Positions 11,719 to 23,420 of a DNA stretch of 64,000 nt are shown here, piece by piece. The notes under the pieces are model-generated. The model saw nothing but the letters and a program-made list of their open reading frames with translations. It ran no database searches and had not been told where the DNA came from. Position numbers and translations under genes: made by a program. The number at the start of each line of letters is the position of its first letter. The first letter of the stretch is position 1. Source of the DNA: Octopus sinensis (Eukaryota); contig NC_042997.1 of NCBI RefSeq assembly GCF_006345805.1, positions 65,658,001-65,722,000 on the forward strand, written 5' to 3'.

Positions 11719-12967
11719 AACAACAAACAAGATGAAGACAAATATCCGTCAAATGTAAATAATGTAAATAATGATCATCTAATTTGTCCCTAACTGAGTT
11801 ATGGACAAATCCTAGAAGTGGTCGTGAGTGAGTAAATGTTGACCTTAAGAATATTATTCACACACTACCATGTGTGAATGATATCTTCTTAAAAGATTAG
11901 CGCCACAACACTTGTGTTGATGAATTCTATCATATGTAGGTTTTTAATTTTATTATAGGTGTTACCACTGTTTTCGGGACATTTGGCCCTAGCAATTTTT
12001 AATTTAAAAATATTTTCTAATATAACTGGTATCATCGGATTTATCTACTGGTGACCAATCAGAAAAATTAAATTTACATATAGTTTTCTTTAGAATAATA
12101 TTTCTAAGAATAATATTTGGAGTCAAAGTTAATTTCAAACGCTAATCTCCTTTTCTTCGCCAGTTTTTACCACCGTACATTTTTCTACTGAATTTTTTTT
12201 CACATAAGTACAATGGATAGATACCTCTAACCAAGGTCTACCTTATAAGCTAATGTAAAATATTGATTTCTTTCAAGAATAATAAAATTTGGCCTACAAG
12301 TCCGTCTCAGGCGTTACTCTCCCGTTTTTGACCTCACATATTTTACTCAAACTTTTGTAACTGAAAATGTAGCTTAAGATGTGACCAATCAAAAGCTGTA
12401 AACATCATCTAATTTGGTTAAAAACTCAGTTAGTTACAAAGCGTAGAAGTGGTCGCGAGTGAGAAAATGTTGACCTTAAGAATATTACTCACACACGTCC
12501 GTGTGTGAATGATAAAGCTGTACATACTTTATCAAGGCCTTTGAACATATGCATTGAAGTATCAGTTAGAGGATTACACCAAAGTAATGCCTAAGGGTGG
12601 GATCTCAACGTTTTATCATTAAAGACGTAAATAACAGTGAAGCAAATATGTTTTCAATCTTAACTTACATAACAAGTTTCGGTGATTGGCAGAACCAAAA
12701 GTGCGTTGAAAAATGCTCGAGTAATTTGTTGCTTATGTTCTGAGTTTAAATTCCACTGAAATAATATTTGCTTTTTGGTCCTTCCGGGGTCGATAAAAGA
12801 GTACCAACCGAATACTGGAGTTGATGGCATCGGCTATTCCCATAGCTCAAAAGTGCTAGCTTTCTGACTAATTTAGAACAATTATCCTGCAATTTTATTT
12901 TTATTTTCATGCTTTTTATTATTAACTATTATAAAGGCAGTTATCTGGCAGAATCGTTTGCAAGCCG

Positions 12968-14893
12968 TCGTTTGTGTTTTGTTTGAATTAGTGAGTACCA
13001 TTTTTGTTTAACTGTTATTTATTGAATTGTTAGATTGTTGTTACCTGTTGAACTTGTTGTTACCGTTTTTAATTTTCTTCCCCATTTATAGGTGAAGTCG
13101 TGAATAATATGGAAAGTACACCAATGCAAGCGGGCAGTTATGCTGCGGTGACTGGCAAAAGCCTGTCAGCGGAGGGACTTTAGGTTACAGAAATCAAATT
13201 ACAGGAGAATTTTTTTTTTAAATTCAATGAATAATTGAAAAAGGGGGGAGATAGCCTGAGGTTGACGCCCCAAAGAAGTAACGGAAGAAGGGAAAAGTAA
13301 CAATTGTGTACAGAACATTGAAAATTGCAACAAAAATGTCGAAATAGTACGGTGGAGGCGGTCGAGGAGTGCCTCCGAGATATTAAGGACGCAGTGATGT
13401 ACTACACCAGACGAAGTAAATACAGCACAGTGGGGGTACGCTTCGTGAGTGAAGAAGAAGCGAGGAAATACGCCACTGTGCCTTTGAGATCAGCGGAGTG
13501 GGAACTACTGCCGACTTACTGTGGCAAACGTGCGTCCAGAGTAAGAATAGGTAGAGTTTCTCCAGAAATTGATGTGGCATGGCTGGTGGCAGCCATCCTC
13601 TTCAACACAGAAGACACGGAGATAATAAAAATATCAAGAACTATGGAGGTGAACTGATGGTATTGGTCCATATAAGCTTGCCAGACCTCCACAAGGTGGC
13701 GGAGGAACTGACTCTGCCGAACGAAACAAAGTTGAGGATAGCGGTCCAAGGAAAAGGCGGCGAGCTGGCAGAACCGTGAGCCTGCCGGGCGAAATGTGTA
13801 GCCGTATTTCGTCTGCCGTCACGTTCTGAGTTCAAATTCCGCCGAGGTCGACTTTGCCTTTCATTCTTTCGGGGTCGAAAATTAAGTACCAGTTACGTAC
13901 TGGGGTCGATGTAATCGACTTAATCCGTTTGTCTGTCCTTGTTTGTCCCCTCTATGTTTAGCCCCTTGTGGGTAATAAAGTGGTGGAAGGAAGACCGCCG
14001 GTATGTTTCCTTTGTGGAGTAAGTGGACACATGGAAGCAAGGTGTCCCCAGCAACAAGAGAAGGAAGTAGAACAAGAGAAGCAGGAAGAGGAAGAGAAAC
14101 AAACAGCGGAGGTACAAATACAAGTAAGCGAAAAGATAGAAAATGTAGGAGAAAAGTATACAGTTGGAAAAAGAAAGAAGAAAAGAAGAAAATGTGAATT
14201 CACCACCCAAAAGTTCAAAGAAAAAGAGAAAAGAAAATATAGAGGGGAATCAATGCGAAAGGCCAGAAATGAAAGAAAAAGAAAATTACGGAGGAGGAAT
14301 GAAGTGCGCAGAAAGGAAAGGAAGAGAGATAGCCACATCAAAGTGTAAGAGAGAAACAGAGAAGGAGAGAATAACGACGGAAAACGGGGGTTGGTACCAA
14401 AAGGAAAACACATTCGAACGAGGATAAACTGTAAAATGAGTGTAGAGATCGAGAGAAAGATTACAAAAATGAAAAATGTAACTAGAGTCAAGGTATCAGG
14501 GAGAGACAGATGTGAAAGGTTAAAGGAACTATTTGGCGAAAAAATTGAAATATCGCCGCTACAGGTTCGATACGGCGAGATGCCACCAGTGGTGACATTT
14601 GAGGATATAATACAATATTTGATATGAAAGTAAGTGAAATATTTAAATTTTCAAAATAATGACTTTAAAAAAAACTATGCCAAAAAAGAATAATGAACTG
14701 TAAGTCAATGTGATAACATAAACAGTTAAATGACCCTACCTCGTATGGGAGCAGGGAAGACATTTCATTTTTCATTATATCATTATATTCATGATTTCAT
14801 TCGTTGTATGGTTTATGTACCCCACTGTGTTGTGTTGTTTGTCTTTGTATTGTCCCTTCTTTTGTAGATCGATGTGCTCATAATAAATAAAAT
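12968..14893 (+). mobile_element. Degenerate ORF1-only (HAL1-like) non-LTR element of L1/Tx1 type
   Basis: Broken ORF from 13109 (MESTPMQAGSYAAV) through 13325-13657 to zinc knuckle CFLCGVSGHMEARC and a charged tail ending ~14627. ~270-bp 3' UTR ends AATAAATAAAAT. No endonuclease or RT sequence. Diverged ~18-bp flanking duplication AGAATCGTT(T/A)GC... Confidence 0.65.
13755..13980 (+). mobile_element. SINE family A, young full copy inserted in the ORF1
   Basis: Complete head to tail. Flanked by the diverged duplication GCGGTCCAAGGAA / GTGGTGGAAGGAA; removal restores ...KLRI-VEGRPPVCFLC. Confidence 0.9.
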
Positions 14894-15955
14894 AGAATCG
14901 TTAGCGCGTCTGACAAAATGCTTAGCGACTCTTCGTCCGTCCTTACGTTCGGAGTTCAAACGCCGCTGAGATTGATCCTTGCTTTTCATCCCTTTCAGAG
15001 TCGATATGTAAACCGACTAGCCCGCTCGCTCAAAAAATTTCAAATTTTGTGACTACAACAGTAAGGATTAATAACTATTCCAAGTTCTGCGTTCATATTT
15101 CACCGTGGTCAACTTTGCCTTTCACCTTTTTGAAATCGCTAAAATAAAGTACTCGTTGAGCACTGGGGTTGATGTAATCGACTAAGTTGATCCCCAGCAA
15201 AATTTTTAGCCTTGTGTCTGTTGTAGAAAGAATTATTCATTATTTGGAATAAAAGCAATTGTGCGTGGATGAGATAGAGTACAATTACTACCAGGTTGAT
15301 TGAACATTTCGTTTGACTGAGATCGGTAAACCAATCGACAGTATGTTATTTTTATTATTATCGTCTGTAATCGATTGTATTATTGCTTACCACAAATGTC
15401 CACTTGGAACTAAGATTTGAAAGCATTATTCAAATGAAATAAAATAACTAGAAGCAGATATGCGACAATGCTGCAGAAAATAGCTTGCAATATTAAAGAC
15501 GGTGAGTTTGCAGAACCGTAAGCACGCCGGGCATAATGCTTAGCGGCATTTTGTCCGTCTTTACGTTCTGAGTTCAAAGTCCGCTGAAGTCCACTTTGCC
15601 TTTCATCTTTTTAAGATCAATAAATTAAGCACCAGTTACAGACTGGGGTCCATGTAATCGATTGTAACCCCCACCCCACCCGAAATTGCTGGCTTTGTGC
15701 CAAAACTTGAAACCAATATTTATTTATCTCTGAAGGCGGGCGAGATGGCAGAATCGTTATCACGCCGCGCGAAATGGTTAGCAGCATTTCGTTTGCCTTC
15801 ATGTTTTGAGTTCAATAACCGCCAAAGTACACTTTGCTCTTCATCTTTTCGGAATCGATAAAATAAATACCAGTTTAGCACTGGTGTCAATGTAACCGTC
15901 TTACCCCTCCGCCGAAATAGCTGGTGGCTTTGTATCAAAATTTGAAATCAATAAT
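14894..15955 (+). mobile_element. Four SINE family A copies (about 14894-15070, 15080-15240, 15495-15720, 15733-15955)
   Basis: Repeated gagttcaa...actttgcctttcat...aagtaccag...ctggggtc body. Confidence 0.85.
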
Positions 15956-16019
15956 TATTTATTTCCCTCCACGTAGGAAATCTCTTTCCCCTCGGGTATT
16001 GATGAAATAAATAATAATA

Positions 16020-16644
16020 ACCTTCCCAAGTTTGATACAAGACCGGTAACTCTAGGAAGAGGAGGCAAGTCCATTACATCGATCCTAGTACTTGACTGAT
16101 ACTTTTATTTTATCAACCATGACAGAATGAAAGGCAAAGACGACCTCGGCGGAATTTGAACTCAGAACGTAAAGAGGTACGAATACTGACAAGCGGTTTT
16201 CCCGGTGTGCAAACGATTCTGCCTGCTCATCGCCTTTGCCTAATAATCTTTTCTACTAAAGGCACAAGACCTGAAATTTATGGGGAGGGGACTAGTCGAT
16301 TACATCGACCCCAGAACTTGCCGGTACATCTTTTATCGACCCCGAAAGGATGAAAGTGAATGTCGACTCCGGTGAAATTTAAACTCAGAACGTAAAGACG
16401 GAAGAAATAGCTATTTCTTTACTACCCACAAGGGGCTAAACACAGAGAGGACAAACAAGGACAGACAAATGGATTAAGTCAATTATATCGACCCCAGTGC
16501 GTAACTGGTACTTATTTAATCGACCCCGAAAGGATGAAAGACAAAGTCGACCTGGCAGAATCTGAACTCAGAACGTAGCGGCAGACGAAATACGGCTACG
16601 CATTTCTCCCAGCGTGCTAACGCTTTTGCCAGCTCGCCGCCTTC
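16020..16644 (-). mobile_element. Three SINE family A copies (16020-16240; headless 16245-16410; young full 16411-16644)
   Basis: Reverse-complement matches to 13755-13980. Confidence 0.85.
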
Positions 16645-17202
16645 GATAAATTCGAATAATAAGGGCATATTTAATCAACTGTTGGTCGTATACGAATGTA
16701 CATGATCCTTATTTCGTTGGAGGGCTGATCTTATATAATTTGTAAGCTTTAACTAAGAGATACGGTCCATCCGGTTGATGTTCGGATACATTTCATGTCT
16801 GTAACATAAGAATGAACAGGAAAGCAGTTTCGAAAGATTGCTATAAGAGAAAGGAATGATTTAACATAAGAGATTAATGTGTCATTTTGTAGCTGAGATA
16901 TAGTGTGGGTTATGAAAAGGAGAAAGAGCAGTTAGTACATAAAGTGAGCTGGACTGGTGTATGAAACCGCTTGTTAGGTCAGGGAAATAGAAGCGATTAG
17001 AGCAACAGTGGTATGGCCAAGACAGAACACAGAATTGACACTGAATAATTTGCTATATGACTCGACGGTTGTGTGTTTGTATGTATGTGAGAGTCTATAT
17101 CGATGCGCGTTTGCATATATGTGTGTGTGATGCGTATGCATGTGTGTGTGATGCGTATGTATGTGTGTGATGTTGTGTGGTGTCTTTGTGTGTGCATGTG
17201 TG

Positions 17203-17245
<43 letters not shown>

Positions 17246-17426
17246 CTGTGTTCAATTATGTGCAATGCATATGTGTGCTTGCGTGTGTGCGTGTGTTTGT
17301 GCGTTTGTGTTCAATTACGTGCAATGCATATGTGTGTTACGTGTTTAAGTATGCTTTGATTCAACTCTTTGATATCAGTCTTTTATAATCAATAATATTC
17401 ATAGCTTTCATACATACGTACATATG

Positions 17427-17497
<71 letters not shown>

Positions 17498-18466
17498 GCT
17501 ATATAGATATCGTTTACATTTTTGTATATAGTTTTATATATATATACATATACTTACATAAATGCGTGTATTTTATATTTCTCGGAATGTATATATATAT
17601 ACACACACACACACTTAAAGTCGTTACATCGTTAGGTTATATCTAAAGAGAAAGGAAAGTGGGCGGAGAAAGAGAGCGGGGGTCAGTGAAAAGTCAGAAA
17701 ATAAAACAGACACGAACATACGGGCTGACAGACTCGCATAATTCTGTTTTTTCTTTCTTTCTTTCCCCCTCATGGTTTAGAAGATTTTCTATTGGTAAGA
17801 ATAGAGTTAATGTTCAAAGCTAAGAAGAAATAATTCATCCTCCTATTTATTTGAAACGACTGCAGACTTGTTTACTTGTTTCTACAGTAAAATTAAAGTA
17901 ATGTCTACGTCGAAATGGATAGTGTCGTCGTAGTTGTTGTTGTTGCTGTTGTTTATCCCGAGGTCAACCGCAATGGAGCAGAGTCTTTCACACCTGGTTT
18001 CCTGTATTCTTAAAAATCTACGACCACTACATTTTCCAGTTTGTCCTTATTTTCTTTAATTGAGTAAGGTGTGGTTTGCGGAAGATTTCACTGCTATTCG
18101 TAGCAAGTTGAATAACCGTTCAGAGCAGTCATGAGTAAGCTACAGCCCATGGGAGTTTCTAAATGGTACGTCTAACGAAGAAGCTATCTTGAATTCATTT
18201 AGTAGTGCTACCTGGCCATATCTCATGCGGCCTACTTCTCAGAAAAAGGTTAACCATGTCTGTTTTAGAGGCTACGCTGAACGCTCGAGGATGCTACATT
18301 TGTTGTTGGTGGTAGTAGTGTTTTGCCCCCAGCCAACCCCGATGAAAAATATTTTAACCCCATTATTATCCCATCCTTTCCCTTGGAGCAAATTATCCAG
18401 TATTATTGTTCCCTTTTCTGAGACAATATGATGTTATTTATTGTTGGTTTTGCTACTATTTATAGA

Positions 18467-19140
18467 AGCAAACATAGATGAGTGGTTAAGAAGCTTGCTT
18501 TGTAAGAACGCGGTTTCCAATTCACTCCCACTTGTACGGCATTTTGAACAAGTGTCTCCTACTATTGTTTCGAGTCCACAAATTTCTTGTGTGAATTTGG
18601 TAGACAGAAATACATAAATTATGTGGAAGTATGTTGTATATATATGTATATGTGTGGGTGTGTGGGTGTGTGTGTGTGTGTGTGTGTGTACAAGGTCCTG
18701 GCAGGGTATAAATGTAGAGTATTACCAGAGAAGTTCTCAACCCGAGTTCTGGGCTATCAACATAGTCGGATTCCACACTAATACTGAAATTCTTCAGGTG
18801 TAGAAAATCCTGAGCGAAGAGTAAAATGTGTGTGTGTATGAGGGATGTGTGTATGTTTGTTTGTAGACGTATGTATGTGTGTGTAACTGCTTGCGTATAT
18901 GTGTGCATGTGTGTCTTTGGGTTTGCGTTTTTGTGTTTCCCCCCCCCTCCACTTGACAACCCGTGTTGATTTGTTTACGTCCTCATAACTTAACGGTTAG
19001 GCAAAATGATGCGACAGAATAAGCAACAGTCTTTTAAAAAATAAGTACCAGGGTCGATTTGTTCACAGAGCTCTTGCAGACGATGCCCAAGCTTGGCCGC
19101 AGTTCAAAGATTCAAACGTTAAATGATAAAAGAATACGAT
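18467..19140 (+). mobile_element. SINE family B, diverged, with ~130-bp unrelated insert in its (TG)n tract
   Basis: Head gtggttaagaagcttgctt, then aagtgtctcctactat, gttgatttgtttacgtcc and aataagtaccagggtcgatttgttc. Confidence 0.75.
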
Positions 19141-20489
19141 ATTTTTTTTTTACGAGAAACGAGCACAGAGCGATAAAGTACATAAGTAATGGTGTACTTA
19201 TTATGCTAAGCCATCGAATAGTTTACGTATACATTATCTCGCTTTCAAATCAGTTCACGTTTCTGCAGAATAACTTTTCATCTCCTAAGCTGTTAGGATC
19301 AGAACAATTGTTAATCAAATACAATTGATCCTCCGGGATTTGAACTCATTCATACATTACAGGAATCTAAATAACTATTCTTCTTTCTTTTCTTTTGTGA
19401 GTGTGTAAATTAAATTAGAAATAGAAAATAGCATATCAATATTCATGGGGAATTTTAAAAATCCAATATCTACCGTTTAATCCAAATGTGCTTACTAAAA
19501 TTATATTCTAATCCATGGAATCTGTGTGTTGTCATATGTAAGATTAAAGGTTGTGTTTTACATCAAATAGTGTTTTTCCCATTTTATTTTCAATAATAAT
19601 AAACAGTTTCTTGAAATAAATATAGCAATATTATTGAAGACAAACAAATGTTGTTTTTGATTTTTTTCTTTAATTCTTTTCAAACTCGGATTTATTCAGA
19701 TGAGAACTGTAGTCAGATAATTCTTAGTTTGTTGATACTGGTCACGTCTGTAATAAAACCATTTTGTACATGTTTACAGTACAATATAACATCCATCTGA
19801 CGTTTCCAATCTTAATTCCAATAGAGATTCAAGGATTTTACAAGGAGCTTAAATACAGCACAAACCATTTTATTTTTTTATTTTTTATTTTAACAACGAC
19901 AAAATTAGAGTTCTTTCACAAATAGAATAACTTTTTATCGCCATGTAATAGTTATTTATCGATCTAAATTGGAAACTAAATCAATAATATATTTATCATA
20001 TTGCACATGTTTTTCTATATTAACAAACCTATAGTCATTCACAGAAATAATTGCTCGACCTGTGAATATAATAGGCAGCTTTTCTCTCAAGTAAATGTGT
20101 TTTATTAAATACTAATGTTCACACGTTCCAGAGAACAATAATGTCTAATTCAGTTGTTTAGTGAAAAAGTATTCCATTATGTCAGCTGTTCGCTTTTCAT
20201 TATTGTTGCTAATCTGTGTCTATGGCTCTAGCAGCAGCATTTTTGATAACAAACATTTTATTAAAAATATCAGCACTCACAGCTGTAAGCAATATACATG
20301 CATACTGAATGTTCAGTGATGCCTATAGTGGTCAATAGATTAGGGCTCTCGCGATTATAACCAGTCAGGTCATTTTTTACGTACATCAGAGAAATCATTT
20401 TCAGATAACTGAAGAAAAAAATGATTATGATGTCGTTGCTTCGTTTCAGAAACATTTGTAATTTAACCATTATATCTGAAATCATATGG

Positions 20490-20494
<5 letters not shown>

Positions 20495-20542
<48 letters not shown>

Positions 20543-20614
20543 CCTCTCTCTCTTTCTCTCTCTCTCCCTCTCTCTCTTTCTCTCTCTCCCTCTCTCTCTC
20601 CCTCCTCTCTCTCT
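20495..20614. repeat. (CT)n microsatellite
   Basis: Seen directly. Confidence 0.95.
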
Positions 20615-21552
20615 AAAATTCATGCTTCATAATTCATGAAATTATTGGTTTCGTTTTGACGAGTCAACAAAGTTATCTGCCTTAAGTAATTAGCAACAGT
20701 GTTGTGACGTCCCGTGTTCCTTGTGCATTTTAATTGTTAAGGGAATTTGCTTCTACCGTATTTCGAAACTGAAGATACAATCTTAATGTATATTCTGAGG
20801 CACTTAATCTAAGTCTTGAGCAGACTTGAGTAATGATATACAATATACTACATTTTCGGCCTATTTCATGTACTATGTAATCTAGATACCCCATAGTTCA
20901 CACTTTAAGATTACACAGAATTTCAATATACTTTTGACTCTAATCAACATTACAAATTATCCAAATGGTTAAGAATATAATTTTTATAATTTCTGAATAC
21001 ATTTTTTTTTATTCACTCTCACATTCCTTTTCTTGCCAACAATAACTACTTCTCTAATTGGAAAATAGCTTCCATCTCACTAGACAATTAACAAACTTGC
21101 TTTTACTTATCTAAATTATCAGCACTTCAAAGAAAACTTGATTAGACGTGTGATACTGTGATAGTTAATAAATATAATGTGCGATTCGTTTCTGACTTGA
21201 GAGGAATATTTGAAATTAATTAAATATTAGCTATTTTACTATTCTTAGTCTAAGAAGATTCTAAGAGGAATTTAAATAATTTATTTGCGGTTGATATGTT
21301 CTCTGCAAGACTAAAACAAAAAATTACTTTAAGCCAAATTTGTTTCGTACTGAACAAAAAGTGTTCCCATACAAAAATATGTAAATATAGCTTAACAGCA
21401 TACTCTCATGGAATTATCTGATTGACATAGATGGTTTTGGTTGCGAAGAGTACACCAATAGATTAACAATTTACTGGTGTAAAATTAACAGCGATAGGCA
21501 GAATTGGTAAAGAGAATCAACTAAAATTTCTTGCACTATTTCTTTACATGAA

Positions 21553-22100
21553 TGGCGGCGAGCTGGCAGAATCGTTAGCACGCCGGGCAAACTGCTTAGC
21601 AGCAGTTCATCTTTACGTTCTGAGTTAAAATTCTGCCGAGGTCGACTATGCCTTTCATTCTTTCGGGATCGATGAAGTAAGTACCAGTTACGCAGTGGTG
21701 TCGTTGTAATCCACTGGACGCCTCCCCTCAAATGTGAAGCCTTGTGCCTATAGTAGGAAGGATTATTTCCTTACATTAAGGTGGCGAGCTGACAGAATGG
21801 TTAGCTCGCCGGGTAAAATGCTTAGCGGTATTCTTTAGGTCCTGAGTTCAAATTCCGCCTAGATCCACTTTACCTTTCATCCTTTCGGGGTCGATAAAAT
21901 AAGTACCAGTTGAACATTGGAGACGATGTAAACGACTCATCCCTTCTCCCGAAATGATGCCCTTGTGGCAAAATTTGAAACCCTAATTTCTTTACACCTC
22001 ATTATGTTGAATTCAAATCCGGTCGAAACCTACTTTAGAATATTCTCCTTCCGTGTAGATAATACAAATATCAGTCAAGTACTGGGGTAAATATATTCAA
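21553..22100 (+). mobile_element. Tandem SINE family A copies (21553-21770, 21778-21990, degenerate third)
   Basis: Heads GGCGGCGAGCTGGCAGAATCG and GGTGGCGAGCTGACAGAATGG; the two copies have different 3' tails. Confidence 0.85.
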
Positions 22101-22924
22101 CTGTTTAGTTCCACTAATTCTCAGCCTTATAAACAAGATTTATATTTTACTAGTTTAAAATGTAGTGAATGAGAAATATAGCTGAATGAAGGGAAGTTGT
22201 AATAGAGTACAAAAAAGTAGAGAATGAAAGCCGTTGTGAACTTCGGAAGAGCAGTGCAAAGCAGATGCAGTAAATTACAAATGAGCAACGAATGGTATGT
22301 GTAGCAGCATACTAAGAGAGTAATGCATAACCATTGCAATAAAGTGTGGGCATAATGAATAACAGTATCTATTTATTCCAGTTAATGATCAAACTAAAAA
22401 TCTCGCTGGATTGAGAATCAATTGTTTAATGATCGATAAATTTGAACCAATTAATTTCAAGGTTCAATTTAATTGGTTACTTTGTCTCTCAAAATCTTTG
22501 GCATTAGGTTACTGCTACACATTAGTATTAGAAAGGGTGAGAAATGGCAGAAAAGACACGTCACTCTATAAAATTCTTTCACAATTGTTCTAGTTCATGT
22601 AATCGAGCACATTTCTTGACTTAATAAATTGACAAGTTTATGCCAAAGTAAGAAATAAACGTTTTACTTGCTGAGAAAGGTAAGTATCAGCAATGCTTCT
22701 GTTATAGACTAAATGCGTCGCAGTATTTTATTTACTACATGCACACAGTCAATAAAACGAATGTCGTATTGCGTATATATTTGCTATGCTAATTAATTAC
22801 GTTATGCCAACGTAAGAAGTCACTTGATTTACAGTAATAATACTAATAATAGCGTTTTTTATTTGAGACACAAGGCGGACAATTTAGCTGTGGAGGACTA
22901 TAGTCGATTAAATTACCTCATAGG

Positions 22925-23420
22925 CATTATGTTTCCTTATGACTTTCAGAGAATGGGTAGTTTTTATGAAATTTTCAACAAGTAAATTTCAGACGATGTA
23001 GATTACGATTATAGCCGAATTTACTGGAAAAAGATGGTAGGGTGGTTATTTTATACTTTCGTCTTTCTTTCTTCAAACATTTTGAAGATTTAATTATAGT
23101 TACATTGAAAAAGAAATTACTTTCTTTCATTATCTTCTTTTAAGTAAACTCAAAGGTGATTCATCCTCTACGAAGTCGTTTACTATGCTAGAAATAGTAT
23201 GGATCAAGTGGATCAGAAAAGTAATTTTATTTCGACATCGTTGTAATTAAATCATCAAAACGTATGAGGAAACAAAGTGGAAATGCGTGAAATATCCACC
23301 CCATTCCCATTTTTTTCACACTAAATTCCATTATAATCCTAATCTACACCGCTAAAAGATACTTGTAGAAAATTTCTTTTATAAAATCCCCATTTTTCCG
23401 AAGTTGAGGGGAAATAAAAT
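22925..23420. mobile_element. Degenerate foldback/MITE-like element with ~200-bp inverted arms
   Basis: gaaattttcaacaagta / tacttgtagaaaatttc; tgtagatta / taatctaca; aaattactttct / agaaaagtaattt. Confidence 0.55.

Larger units (their letters stand above)
11298..11772 (-). mobile_element. Short Penelope-like insertion: two inverted pLTR segments enclosing a tRNA-like head and (AAT)n
   Basis: 11339-11450 is the reverse complement of 11660-11772. There is an extra ~40-bp tail on the left only. Same termini as the RT-bearing element at 49270-50292. Confidence 0.85.
11120..12515 (+). mobile_element. Two copies of an unclassified repeat ending in a subterminal hairpin; first copy split by the Penelope insertion
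   Basis: 11160-11297 plus 11773-11885 align with uninterrupted 12305-12515. Both end TCACACA..TGTGTGAATGATA. Confidence 0.65.

Noticed and set aside
14894-16644. CRISPR-like or regularly spaced array
   Set aside because: Units are ~200-bp SINEs in both orientations with irregular spacing; eukaryotic context and no cas genes.
18755-18802. Hammerhead candidate on minus (CAC CUGAAGA plus a hairpin)
   Set aside because: No GAAA after helix II and no helix I partner.
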